Below, in pieces: positions 1-14,605 of a stretch of 64,000 bases of DNA. Under the pieces are notes generated by a model. That model had not been told where the DNA came from, did no database searches, and worked only from the letters and a program-made list of their open reading frames with translations. The stretch lies in the NCBI RefSeq assembly GCF_009914755.1, contig NC_060931.1, one strand, 5' to 3'. The stretch is from the human T2T-CHM13v2.0 reference genome, Homo sapiens. The position numbers were made by a program, and so were the translations under genes. How positions within the stretch are numbered: position 1 is the first letter of the stretch; every line of letters begins with the position of its first letter.

Positions 1-325
<325 letters not shown>

Positions 326-959
326 TCAGGAGCAGGACTGGAGAAAAAACAGAAATTATAACACATATTTCACATTAACTAAATACAATAGAATATTCCA
401 CAGTATAAAGTTGTTCAGAATAGGTCATAACTGGTCTAAAATATAGAAAAACAAATCTATGTTTTGACATATCCAAATGGTGTTCTTTTTCCCATGCAAG
501 ACTCTACATTTTTAAGCTGAATACTGAGACAAAAATCATCAAGCCAGAGAAATCACAAGGTTGGGGAGAATAAGAGAGTCCCAGGAAAATCACAGAGTGC
601 CCAAGGAGACTCAATAGCGTGACTCAGGAGCTGCCACTCCCCTCTGGTCAGGCATAAAGCAGGGATCCGGTGTATGGAAAATGACAAGTCTGCAGGAGTC
701 TGCCTGGCCAAAAAGGAAAACAAAGTCCTAGCCACAGTCCTGTGGGAAGGGAAACAAATCAAGCAAAATAAGGTTTCAGCGTTATAGAGCCTTAATAACA
801 GGAATCATGGTCAAATGCCTCCTGATTCCTCAAAACCCCTCTTCAAAAATGAGTCAATGTCTAGGCCACATATTACTTGACAATTTTATAAGTTGCTACC
901 TTAACGTCCTACCTTGGGTGAATATGCCATAGAACAATATTCTTGCAATCTAACATTCT

Positions 960-1105
960 AGCATAGTTCTCCCAGTTGGCTGCCCAGTGGCACCAGGAGA
1001 TTTAATAAATACTGTTACCCAGAGATTCTGAGTTAACTGTTTTGAAGTATGGTGTGGGTATTGAGATTTTGTAAAGCTCACCAAGCAATTCTAATGTCTA
1101 GCCAA
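960..1105. mobile_element. MER5A-like hAT-Charlie DNA transposon relic
   Basis: CCCAGAGATTCTGAGTTAACTG...AAAGCTCACCAAGCAATTCTAATGT resembles MER5A as I recall it; strongly decayed. Confidence 0.6.
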
Positions 1106-1724
1106 TAATTTGCATTAGAAATGTGCCTTAGTAAAATGTGTAAAATTCAGGGCTTAGAGTAACACTATTCATATCATTATGGTGTCAATGTACAGTTTGA
1201 AGAAAGCCAACAGTATCTTACATAATGTCTCTGGTAGTAACACAAAATAACCTATCCTCTCACTCACTAATCCTAAAACCATCCCAAACATGTATTCTCT
1301 GGACCTTTCTATGCAACTTCAAACACTATGACTATACAGTGGTCTTTGCTTTTTTTTTTTTTTTTTTTTTTTAACATAGAACACTGGCATATTATACTGC
1401 TACACATTGTAATTGGCATTTTCTTTGAGAACATGTAAACATCATCTAGAGTTGCAACTATTAGAAATCCATTGATCTAAAATCAACCAGCAAGAAGAAA
1501 ATTATTTACAGAATTCCTGTTTTGCAACAGACACTGTGTTAGGCTCTACGGAGGTATATAAAAGAAATAGAGAACATAGTCCTTGCCCTGATATGACTTG
1601 AGCTGGGAAGAGAAAACTGGAATAAACTAACATCTTAAATAAAGCAGCTAGAAAAGAAGTAAGTGCTACTTGGGTGGTACTGATAAAAAATACAATATAA
1701 GAGTGAAAAGTTATTAATAAGGAC

Positions 1725-2320
1725 AATTATAATAATCACAACTAATGCTTATTAGGCACTTACTATGACCTGGCACTACTCTAAGTGCTTCATAAATATT
1801 AACTTATTTAAGGCCCTTCACAACCCTATGAGGTAGGAGTGTTACATTCTTCATTTTACTAATTAAGACACTGAGAAAATAGAGTGATATGGTTTGATAC
1901 TATGTCCCCACCCAAATGTCATGCTGAATTATAATTCCCAGTGTTGGGGGACAAACCTGGTGGGAGGTGACTGTATCATAGAGGTGGATTTCCCTCTTGC
2001 TGTTCTCGTGATCGTGAGTTCTCACGAGATCTGGTTGTTTGAAAGTGTGTAACACTTCTCTTTCTCTCTCTCCGGCCATATGAAAACATACTTGCTTCCC
2101 CTTCACCATCCACCATGATTGTAAGTTTCCCAAGGCCTCCCCAGGAGAAGCCTGCACAGCTTGTAGAACCATGAGCCAATTAAACCTATTTTCTTTATAA
2201 ATTACCTAGTCTCAGGTAGTTCTTTATAGCAGTGTCAGAATGGACCAATACATGGAGATAAAAGAATCGGTTTACGTTCATTCAGCAAGTGTACGAAGTA
2301 GCCTGGATTCCAGTCAGTGC
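1725..2320 (-). mobile_element. MIR SINE interrupted by a MaLR LTR
   Basis: Antisense MIR core (GCACTTACTATG...GGCACT...CACAACCCTATGAGGTAGG...CATTTTAC) stops at 1884 and appears to resume after 2252. Confidence 0.65.
1885..2252 (+). mobile_element. MST/THE1-family (ERVL-MaLR) solo LTR
   Basis: Starts TGATATGGTTTG...TGTCCCCACCCAAAT, ends GAATGGACCAATACA; near-TSD TAGAG/TGGAG. Confidence 0.9.
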
Positions 2321-5019
2321 CCTTAGTCAGAAATGGCTCCTATCGGAGTGTGAGACTGGAACTGGGTCTTAAAGAAAAAGCTAAGATTTTCCGTATTTGT
2401 TTTTATTTACACAAAGCAGTAGAGCATAATCCAGAGATGGTTCCCTCAGTTCTGTTACACACTACTGTATGACCTCTGTCAGGACACCCCCTCTCAAGCT
2501 TCATTCTGACATCTCTAAAATGCTGGTCATGATCACTAAGACTCCTTTCTTTTGGGGCTCCTCATTGTAATCTATGAGTACTATTTAAATGAATACAAGA
2601 AAAATGGGAGAACATGACACAAAGGCAGACATAATGAGCAAGGGTGCGTATATAAACTGAGAACTAGGAGAATGAGAGAACTCAGAATCAGCTTCTCATG
2701 TTCTATGAAATGCAATTTACTGCATCCACCATGGTGATCTTTTTAATGCCTTTTGTACCATGAAAGAGATATACCACCTAATTAATATATGTAAGTTGGA
2801 AACCATTCTGGGGATAATTAAAATTTTGAATTTCATAATAAATTTAAATTTACATTCTGCTTTCCCTGCTGCATGCTGAATAATAGGATCCATATTGAAT
2901 TTTTAATATTATTTGGAAAAGGGAAAACAGGATCCATAAAACAATAATTTAACTATGCTTTTTCTCAAAGAGATATGTACATATAATGTATATGTGTGTA
3001 TGGTGTACTTATAATAATGATTTTATTTTCATTGTTTTGGTTATATGTAAACTTATGCAAAAAATGTTCATATGAAATTTCTTCTCCAGAGAAAGAGGCT
3101 ATACTTTTTCAAGAGAATTGAGAGAAAATAAACAAGTCAAATGTGGCTCTCCTGATGTAGCTTTGGGCAAAGAAAGTGGAGTTTATCCTTCAAACTCCAA
3201 AGTTCTATAAAGTTGACAACTTTTTTGAGTAAGACTTTAAAGCATCTATTGTTACAAAATGTTTTTCTTTTGCATATTGTGTACAAACATCTTAAAAAAG
3301 AATCATAACTTTGCTGTAATTTCTGTACCAACAATCAATATCACTCTGTAAAGCCATGATTCCTTTAATAAAGTATGGATGTTTTAAAATCATTGTCATA
3401 CAAACCTTGGGTATCTAGACAACAAATATCAAATATTTGTCTTCTTTGTCAAAGTTGTGGTTGAAGGATAGGAATCAATAGCAGAGTTTCCTTTATCCAC
3501 ATTATACTTCAGCAAGATTTGACTCACAATGTCTTTAATTAGTTTAAAGTTGCCCCCACACTCTCTTTTAAGACAGTGACATACATTTCTGTTCCTTCCA
3601 GGATGTCATTTTCCTTGACAAGTCCTCAGTTATTTTAAGTTTGTGACTAAACCTTGTGTGAACCCCGTTTTCCCCCAGGAATACTTTTCTGTGCTTTTAA
3701 TGTGCACTCTTTGAGTCTTCAAAACGGTAACTAGAAGTTCTATGATCCCCCATCTCTACAAGAAAATGTACATATGTTCATAAAAATGTAGGCTACTCGC
3801 TTCCAAGAAACACAATGAATATTTTATTACCAAAAATAACCCACCTATTGATAACATTACACATTCATGTTGGGTCAATTCTATATTTCATAGATGAAAG
3901 ATGTGGATTACTCAAATCTCTTTAGTTTATAATTTGCCATGGTTAGTGTTAAAGTGGGTTCAACAAGCCTTGGTCTATTTTTCATGGGTTTCAAGAACTA
4001 AGACATCTGTGGATAGGGTATTACCAAACAAAGGGCAAGTACATTAAAATTATGATTTTTTTATGTGAAAAATATAACCCCATATATAAAAATGATACAA
4101 TTGTAAAAGAAATATTTTATTATTTCAAACACTTTCACAAAGCTTGGTACGATATTTTTTCAGGAAGTTTAGCAAAGTTATCACCTTATGTCTACATAAG
4201 AAGTGTAAGCTAAGAATGGCACAAATATCTAAGATGATTTCCATTTCCTTTCCTTTTCATCATTTGCTCTTTCTTTAAAAGGGATATCTAAAGGCTTCCA
4301 TCAGTTAATAAAAAAAAAAAACACAGACTGTTCTGAAAATGTAGTTTGGAAAGTTAGTGTTATATTGTAAATGAAAAAGAAAAAATGAATTATAGAATTC
4401 CTTTTTATCACTCTTTAATCTGTTAATTCAAATATGAATAACTGTCTACTTACAGAATTTGGCTTGTCTATTATTTTCTTTCTTTCCTAGGTCAATGTAC
4501 TCAGACATTTCAACAAAGCCAAACATGATTTCATATGCTGAAAAGTAATCATAGAATTTCCTAAAAACACCCTTATTGCAGCTTATCTGTGAAGTACCAG
4601 CCTGATGAAAATAGGTATGAAAACAATAGCTCTTAAGTAGAGTAATGCTACAAGATATTGAATAGTACGTGCACACACACTAGCACATATACACTGTGTA
4701 TATTTACTTTTCAAAGCACTGATTTGATTATTTGGTTTCAGATTTAAGTTTAAGAAGCCAAAAAGCACTAAAACCTTTTAAAAGTCATTCTGGAATTGTG
4801 TATCTATGGACTTAAGTTAGAAATGGAAGAGAAACTACCTATTTCCACACCTCTAGTTAGTTCTATAAATAGAGCCAATTCTAAGTCAACTTGATTCTTT
4901 CCTTACTCAGTGCACTTAAAAGATGAGATGTCTTGATGCTGCCTCCCCATTCCTCTCCCAGAACTACCATTTACTGAATGCCTCTCTGTGCCACGTTTAG
5001 AGAGGCAGGAGAGGGGAAA

Positions 5020-5220
5020 AGTTGACAGCATAGAAACCCTGTCTGCCTATGTTTAGAACCTTGCTCACTGCCAAGGAGTTGTGGAATCTTGGGCAGGTTA
5101 CTCTATCATTCTATTCCTCAGTTTCCTTTCCAGGAAAATGAGGATGATAATAATAGGGTAGCTGTGAAGAGTAAGTGAGTGTACGGCACACAGTGTTGTA
5201 CATGTTGGCTATTATTATCA
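5020..5220 (+). mobile_element. MIR SINE
   Basis: CTTGGGCAGGTTACT...CCTCAGTTTCCT...AAAATGAGGATGATAATA...GGCACACAGT. Confidence 0.7.
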
Positions 5221-5258
5221 TTCCCATTTTAAAGATAAAGGAACCAAGACTCAGGAAA

Positions 5259-5437
<179 letters not shown>

Positions 5438-6029
5438 TGACTTGCCAAGGATAATAGGACTAGTGAGTGGCATCTGAACACAGGTTCCACTACATTGTCT
5501 GCTGGCTTCCTCCCCACATCCCTAAATAGTAGTACATTAGTTCTGGGAAGACATGTGTCCTGATCCAATAGAAACCCTGTCCAAATCCAGTTATAGAATG
5601 CAAACCATCTGAGAATAAACAGGAAGAGAGCCCTTCCTATAAGGCACAAGCTTAGGCTCTCTGTCTTTTTCTCCAAATGCCTAAATTTTTCATCAGTTAT
5701 TATATACCCTTTGTCCTCTTGGTAGACACATCTCTGAGTTAGATACAGATATGAGTGAGACATTTCTAAGTCAAATGCTGTTCTCCCAAGGGGCAAAGCC
5801 ATCCAGTTATACTTGGGTCTGTGTGACCACTGAGTTTGACAATACAGCATCCTTTTCAAAGAGCTGTGCAGACTCTGCCCTGCCTGTCTGTAATGGAAGC
5901 TCTCTGATCTGCTGGCCCAAAGCTTATCTCTGCTGCCTTCTCTCCTAACACTGCATACTCTACGTCCCTGCTTAACAGCTGCATGGTGGTAGATAATCAC
6001 TTCGCACTGCCTGCCCCCAGCCTCTCCTC

Positions 6030-6373
6030 AAACTAACGGCAACATGCTGGCTACCTGTCCAGAAATATATTCTGCCTCACCACCTGGTGCCTGCTCCTGT
6101 GACCTGCTCTCTTGTGTGTTTAATTCACAACCCAACTTCCAGTTTAGGAGTCAGATTTTACACATATGCAGGCCACAGAAAATCAAAAAGGAAGAGGCTT
6201 TACAGATACAAATCCAAGCCATGTAGGAGACTAAAAAGAGTCTCAACAAAGCTTTCTTTAAAACAAAACCAAAATAAAACTATCACCAGGTCCTAAAAGC
6301 TACCTCCAATATTCTCAAGCCTGTCTTTTCTCTCTCTCCTCAATGCCAAAGAAATGCCCAGTTGACCTATCTG
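6030..6373 (+). repeat. Duplicated segment A (inverted copy at 9645-9989)
   Basis: Hand alignment gives ~15 mismatches in the first ~290 bp. The ORF track independently shows near-identical peptides (MLATCPE...RPQK) at 6044+ and 9808-. Confidence 0.95.
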
Positions 6374-6477
6374 GGAAGTTTACTACAATATCAAAATTAC
6401 TACTCAGCACCATGATTCAGACTTCTGCCTACCCTAATGCTCAAAAAAGAGAGAAAGAGAGAAGATTCTGGACAAAC

Positions 6478-6825
6478 TAATAACAGCTAACATTTGCTGA
6501 GTATTTAATGATGCAGGCAAAGTTCTGAGTGTTTTACAAAGATTAACACATTTTTTCATTAAAAACCCTAAGAAGTGTTATTATTATTCCTATTTTATAC
6601 AAGTTTAAAGGGGTTAAGTAAGTTGTCCATATCACTAGTGACTTCAGTGACTACTAGTCACATGGGATTCAGCCCTGTCAATTTTTAGTGGTGTGATCTT
6701 GAACAAGTTACTTAAACTCTCTAAGTCCCAGGATCATTATTTTGTTATAGATAGATAATAAGATCTACTCAATAGAACTGTGGGAATGATTAAGTAAAAC
6801 AATTCATATTGTGAGGATTAAATGC
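6478..6825. mobile_element. Two decayed MIRs in opposite orientation
   Basis: Antisense MIR at ~6478-6645 (ATAACAGCTAACATTTGCTGAG...GGTTAAGTAAGTTGTCC); sense MIR at ~6660-6825 (GTGTGATCTTGAACAAGTTACTTAAACTCTCT). Confidence 0.65.
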
Positions 6826-6855
6826 TAAATTTCATGTAAAGTGATTAGGATAATG

Positions 6856-7213
6856 TTCATTAAATGTTGAAATTTTATTTGCAGAATTAAAGAATATATC
6901 TCAGTCCCCTCTGTTTCTACTGCACTCAAATAAAGTGTCCATTTAAATAGGTAAATGAGCTGGAGATCACTCATGCTGAGCATGAAACCCCAGCCAAAGT
7001 AAGGAACAAGAGGCAATGATAACCCTTGTCTAACTCCAGAAACGCTCTGCATGTAGAAACAGGATCTGATTATTTTAACTGTACATCCAGACTGGCTAAA
7101 CTAAAAGAATTATCCATAGCAATGTTTTGTCTAAATAACCTGTGATTGCTGCCATATAGAAACAGCTCCAGGTAGAACCGTTTTATCAAAAAAAATTTTT
7201 TTTTTTTGCTAAA
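6856..7213 (+). repeat. Duplicated segment B (inverted copy at 9992-10358)
   Basis: Hand alignment ~89% over ~330 bp; flanked by TAATGTTC at 6851-6858 and 7216-7223. Confidence 0.93.
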
Positions 7214-7246
7214 ATTAATGTTCCCATGGTCTTCACTCTCATCCTC

Positions 7247-7528
7247 TTTTTTTTATTGTTGTTGTTGAGATTGAGTCACCCAGGCTGGAGTGCAGTGGTA
7301 CAATCTTGGCTCACTGCAACCTCTGCTTCCTGGGTTCAAGTGATTCTCAGGCCTCAGTCACCTGAAATATAGGCATGCGTCACCACGCCTGGCTAATTTT
7401 TGTATTTTTAGAAAAGACAGCATTTGCCATGTTGGCCAGGTGGGTCTCGAACTCCTAACCTCAAGTGATACACCCACCTTGGCCTCCCAAAGTGCTGGGA
7501 TTACAGGCACGAGCCAAGGCATCCGACC
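7247..7528 (-). mobile_element. AluS-type SINE with small internal deletions
   Basis: T/TTG tail and both antisense arms; CACTCTCA occurs near both flanks. Confidence 0.9.
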
Positions 7529-7614
7529 CACTCTCAACATTGTGGTTGACCACTGTAGCCCATACTGGCTGCTGTCATATCTGTAAAGTGATCTGTCACC
7601 CATTTAGTTCATGA

Positions 7615-9620
<2,006 letters not shown>

Positions 9621-9644
9621 AATGATATAATATCATGTAACTGA

Positions 9645-10358
9645 CAGATAGGTCAAACTTGGCATTTCTTTGGCAGAGAGAAGAGAGGAGAAGAGACAGG
9701 CTTGAGAATATTGGAGGTAGCTTTTAGGACCTGGTGATAGTTTATTTTGGTTTTGTTTTAAAGAAAGCCTTGTTGAGGCTCTTTTTACTCTCCTACATGG
9801 CTTGTATTTATATCTCTAAAGCCTCCTCTTCTTTGAGTTTCTGTGGCCTGCATATGTGTAAAATCTGACTCCTAAACTGGAAGTTGGGTTGTGAATTAAA
9901 CACACAAGAGAGCAGGTCACAGGAGCAGGAACCAGGTGTTAAGGCAGAATATAGTTCTGGACAGGTGGCCAGCATGTTGCCGTTAGTTTCATTTAGCAAA
10001 GAAAAGAAAAGACAAAGAATAAAATATTTGATAAAACATTTCTACCTGGAGCTGTTTGTATATGGCAGCAGTCACAGGTTATTTAGATATAACATTGCTA
10101 GGGATAATTCTTTTAGGTCAGCCAATCTGGAGGTACAGTTAAAATAATCAGATCCTGTTTCTACATACAGAGGCTTTCTGGAGTTAGACAAGGGTTACCA
10201 CGCCTCTTGTTCATCACTTCTACTAGGGTTTCATGCTCAGCGTGGGTGATCTCCAGATCATTTACCTGTTTAAATGGAAATTTTGTTTGAGAGCAGGAGA
10301 AACACAGCACTGAGATATATTCTTTAATTCTGCAAATAAAATTTCAACATTTAATGAA
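9645..10358 (-). repeat. Contiguous B-A block; inverted homologue of 6856-7213 and 6030-6373
   Basis: Minus strand reads B...TTTGCTAAA-TG-AAACTAACGGC...A, with only 2 nt between the parts. Confidence 0.93.
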
Positions 10359-11721
10359 TTGAAGCCCTGGGTACAGCTATTGACATTTTCAGTTGGAAAG
10401 CACAGAATATAACCTAATTGAGGGGATTTTAAGACATATAGCTTTTCTGGGAGGCCTGGAGAAGTAAACTTGGGTGTTGCCCAGCAAAGAGTCATGTCCA
10501 CCCCACCATGGGACAGGTCCAACATAAAAACAACAGCTACTTCCCCCCGAATCAACAGAACTTTCACCGCAGTTATTCCTCCAAAATAAGAATCTTCACT
10601 TGATAGAATACTGATCTCGCCATACTGGGTCCCCAGGTCACATTGCACTCTTCAATATCCAGTCTCATGAGGCTGAGTCTGATAGGTGTAAACTAGGTGA
10701 CACGCCTTCACCCCAGAAAGGAAGGAACTATGGGAATTGTATTTTGGGAAGACTATACTCACAATGTGGGAAACTATATAAAAATGTTGGGCAATCATGG
10801 ATGGTACATGCCCATTACAGAGGGCAAGTTCAAAATCTACAAAATTTTGGACTTCTTGATCCAAAAGTAGCTAAAATAACTGATAGTTTTTAAAAATTAT
10901 GGCCTTTAGGACCATTTCCATGAACCTACACTTTGTGTACCTCACCCCTTACCTTGAATGAGCATTCTGCAATGGGAAGATATTGTTTATCACAGTCAAT
11001 CTACTTGATGAACAGCAGCAAAAGTTCCCCATACCCTACCTGGGACAGCCTAACAGACTTCCCACAGCCTACCAGGTGTGACAGGGTCACATCATGTCAG
11101 AAGATGTGACAGTGCTGTCTGACCCCAGATGATGGCATTATGGACTAAATGTCAGATCCTTTTAACAGTCACAGTTCCTGCTAAATAATGAACATTAATT
11201 AGTTTGCATAATATTTGTAATCTCAGTCAAAGCAATGCTATCATGTCTGGGAGTAATTATTGACTACTTTTCCTACTCAATCAATCAACAAGGAGTCATT
11301 ATTGATTACTTTCCCCACTCCGGTCAACCAATCACCAGGTCTTTCTTATTATATCTTAAGATTTTTTCAACAGAGTCTTCTCTTGCCTATCCTTCTCACC
11401 ACTGCATTATTTCAGGCTTTCATTACCTCCTTTTTGACCACTGCCAACAGCTTCCTCTTTGAGTTCAGTTTTGTCTCCTCAGGGAAATTCTCAACACAGC
11501 CATCTTTCTAAAATGCAAATATGATTTTATCATTCTACTGACACTCATATTTATAGATGTAGGTCTAAATTTCCTCAATGTGACACCCTGCATATCCCCT
11601 ACCTACATCTCTGGGCTTATCTATCATGACCCTTCTTCAAACTTCATACTCTGTCAAGATGAGACTGTATATAGTTGTAAGTACATGTCTCTCTTTTTGC
11701 TACTACTCTCCCTGCATAGAA

Positions 11722-11919
11722 CTGGAGTCAGTGAACTATGGACCACATGTCAAACCTGGGCCACAACCTACATTTTACAGCCCTTGAGGTAAAGATGGTT
11801 TTACATCTTAAAAATTTGTAAAACACAAAGAATATGCAACAGAGACCTACCACATATATCCTGAAAAGCCTAAAATATTTACTATCTGGCCATTTACGGA
11901 AAAAGTTTTTCAACTCCTG
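11722..11919. mobile_element. MER58A-like hAT-Charlie MITE
   Basis: AAAGCCTAAAATATTTACTATCTGGCCATTTACGGAAAAAGTTT...ACTCCTG terminus, ~200 bp long. Confidence 0.8.
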
Positions 11920-12242
11920 ACCAAAACTGTCTTCTTTCTCTCTGTTATGGCAAAACTCCTACTTATCACTTAATAAAACATATGAAATCATAAATCATCT
12001 CTTTCAAGAAATTTTCCTATGCAACTCCTTCCTGTACCCAAGATTAATGTTAGGAACATCTCCATAATTTCATAATACCAAGTGAATGGTTCTATCATTG
12101 AACATACCAATTGCATTACAGAGGGTTTTATCTTCCCAATGATGGTTATGTGTTATGACTTTTTCTATCCACAAAATATATCATAGGTTCATAACAAATG
12201 TCAATGGAATAAACTTTGTTGAAAAGACATTACAATTTATAT

Positions 12243-13542
12243 GAGAGGACCCACAGATGCTCTGAAGGAAGCAGACTGCTCCTGCAGGACCCAGGAGACA
12301 CCCCAAATACTGTGAGTGCCCCAACTGTGGAAGTGGCAAAGGGAGACCCTCCTCTCCCTAACATAGGCCCCCATTGGAGAAGCTGAAGGTCTGTTTGCGG
12401 GAGAAGTTTCCAACTTTACCTAGAGCTGAGTCAAGTTAAAATGCCAAGTCAAGTGAAATCCAGAGGTAGGGGAAGCAGCAGAAAAGCCCTGGGAGCTCGC
12501 TGGGTTGCCAGGCGGCCCATTCCTGCCTGGCACCACAGGGATCCATCGAGAGGGTAGCCAGAGGAGCAGAAGGTAAAACTCCACAGGGAGAAGGAATTCT
12601 CTAGCTGAACTTTGTAGCAATTTGAATGGGGCGAGAAGCCTCCTGGCCAGAACTCAGGGGAGGGCACAAATCAGGCATGCAGACTTCACAGACGGGGGAA
12701 GAACTAAAACCTCTTTCTTTCGCAGCTGGAAGGCATTTCTCAAAAGAAGATATACAAATGGCCAACAAACATATGAAAAAATGCTCAACATCACTAATGA
12801 TCAGGGAAATGCAAATCAAAACCACAATGTGATACCACCTTACTCCTGCAAGAATGGCCAAAATAAAAAAATCAAAACACAGTAGATGTGGGTATGGATG
12901 CAGTGTACAGGGAATGCTTCTACACTGCTGGTGGGAAAGTAAACTAGTATAGCCACTATGGAAAACAGTGCAGAGATTCCTTAAGGGACTAAAAGTAGAA
13001 CTGCCATTTGATCCAGCAATCCCACAACTGGGTATCTACCAGAGGAAAAGAAGTCATTCGAAAAAGATACTTGCACAGGCGTATTTATTGCAGAACAATT
13101 CACATTGCAAAATCGTGGAACCAACCCAAATGCCCATCCGTCAATGACAGGATAAAGAAATGGTGATGTACATATATATATGATGGAATACTATGCAGCC
13201 ATAATAAGGAATGAACTAACAGCATTTGCAGTGACCTGGGTGAGGTTGGAAACTATTATTCTAACTGAAGTAACTCAGGAATGGAAAAACCAAACATCGT
13301 ATGTTTTCACTGATATGCGGGAGCTAAGCTATGAGGATGCAAAGGCATAAGAATGATACAATGGACTTTGGGGACTTGGGGGGAAGAGTGGGAGGAGGTA
13401 AGGGATAAAACACTACAAATATGGTGCAATGTATACTTCTCAGGTGATGGCTGCACCAAAATCTCACACATCACCACTAAAGAACTTACTCATGTAACAA
13501 AATACCACTTGTACCCCATTAATTTATGGAAAAATAAATAAA
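12243..13542 (+). mobile_element. L1PB-like LINE-1 with the 5'UTR joined directly to the ORF2 end and 3'UTR
   Basis: 12243-12733 is a GC-richer L1PB-type 5' end; from 12734 CATTTCTCAAAAGAAGATATAC (HFSKEDIQ), then an L1PB-type 3'UTR (GAGCTAAGCTATGAGGATGCAAAGGCATAAGAATG) and A-rich tail. Confidence 0.85.
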
Positions 13543-13859
13543 TCCCCCCAAAACAGAAAAACAATTTACGTTATATGCAAGCAAGCAATGTAAATGGAAG
13601 GAGCTCTCCGTAGTACTGAAGTCTTTGCTACAGCTTCTTCCTGTGGGGTGCCCAGAAACTTAATTGTTTTCAATTCCTCAATTACCTTCACCAGCCCGTA
13701 TCAATGCTTTTTCTGCCACTCTTCAGTCAACTTCCTGTAGGATCCTAACTAATTATTGCCCAACGCCCATTCTTTTCCAGGCAACATACATACCTCTTGG
13801 GGAAGGCATTAATTGCTCACCAAATAGCTGTATGCTCCTACACATTATCCAGCTCCTTT

Positions 13860-14137
13860 GCAGTTCAAGTAGGCATTATTCAATCGGATATTAGCAGAAA
13901 TGAAGTATACTATTCCCTAGTTGAAACACGGAACAGAAAATGTGAGCCCTCTGTGTTCTTTATTCCTTTGTCTTGATGATAACAGAGGCCACATGCTGAG
14001 ATGGCACAGCCACAATATGGAAATAGTTAGACTGCTGAGTCCCTGTATAAAGGACTACTATGTAAGATTGTTGAGTTAAGCTGAGATTTGGGAGTTAATT
14101 TGTTACCACAGCAAGATGGAACTTACCTGATTAATAC
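13860..14137 (+). mobile_element. Old MLT1 (MaLR) LTR fragment
   Basis: GAGATTTGGGAG...TTTGTTACCACAGCA...CCTGATTAATACA resembles an MLT1 3' terminus. Confidence 0.5.
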
Positions 14138-14379
14138 ACCCTTTTAATATAACACTTGTCATAGTCCATTTACTTCTACTTACTTTACTAAATTATAAGT
14201 TTCTTGGGAGAAGTGTTTTGGTCCTAGTGATTTTGAAGATCATCACCAATGATCATCACCCAATTGCTAAACTAATGAATAGACTTCTGTTTTTCTCTTC
14301 TCCATGATATTTCATACCCTCAAACAGAACAAACTATTTTTTTTACAACAGTCAAAGAAAAACTGTAATGAATGTAAGC

Positions 14380-14605
14380 TGTATAGTAGTAGTCAAGAAC
14401 AAAGATTGTGGAGACAAATTACCTGTGTTCACATCCATTTCTGTCATATACTAGCTATGTCCTTTGGTAAATTATATGTAAACTCTCCATGCTTCTCTTT
14501 TCTCACATATGAAATATAGAAGACAACACTTCACTGGGTTACATAATCAATGTATGTAAAGTGTCTAGCACATAGAAAGTACTATGTAAATGTTGACTAT
14601 TACTA
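14380..14605 (+). mobile_element. MIR SINE
   Basis: Decayed MIR core ending TGTAAAGTGTCTAGCACATAG...TAAATGTTGACTATTA. Confidence 0.6.
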
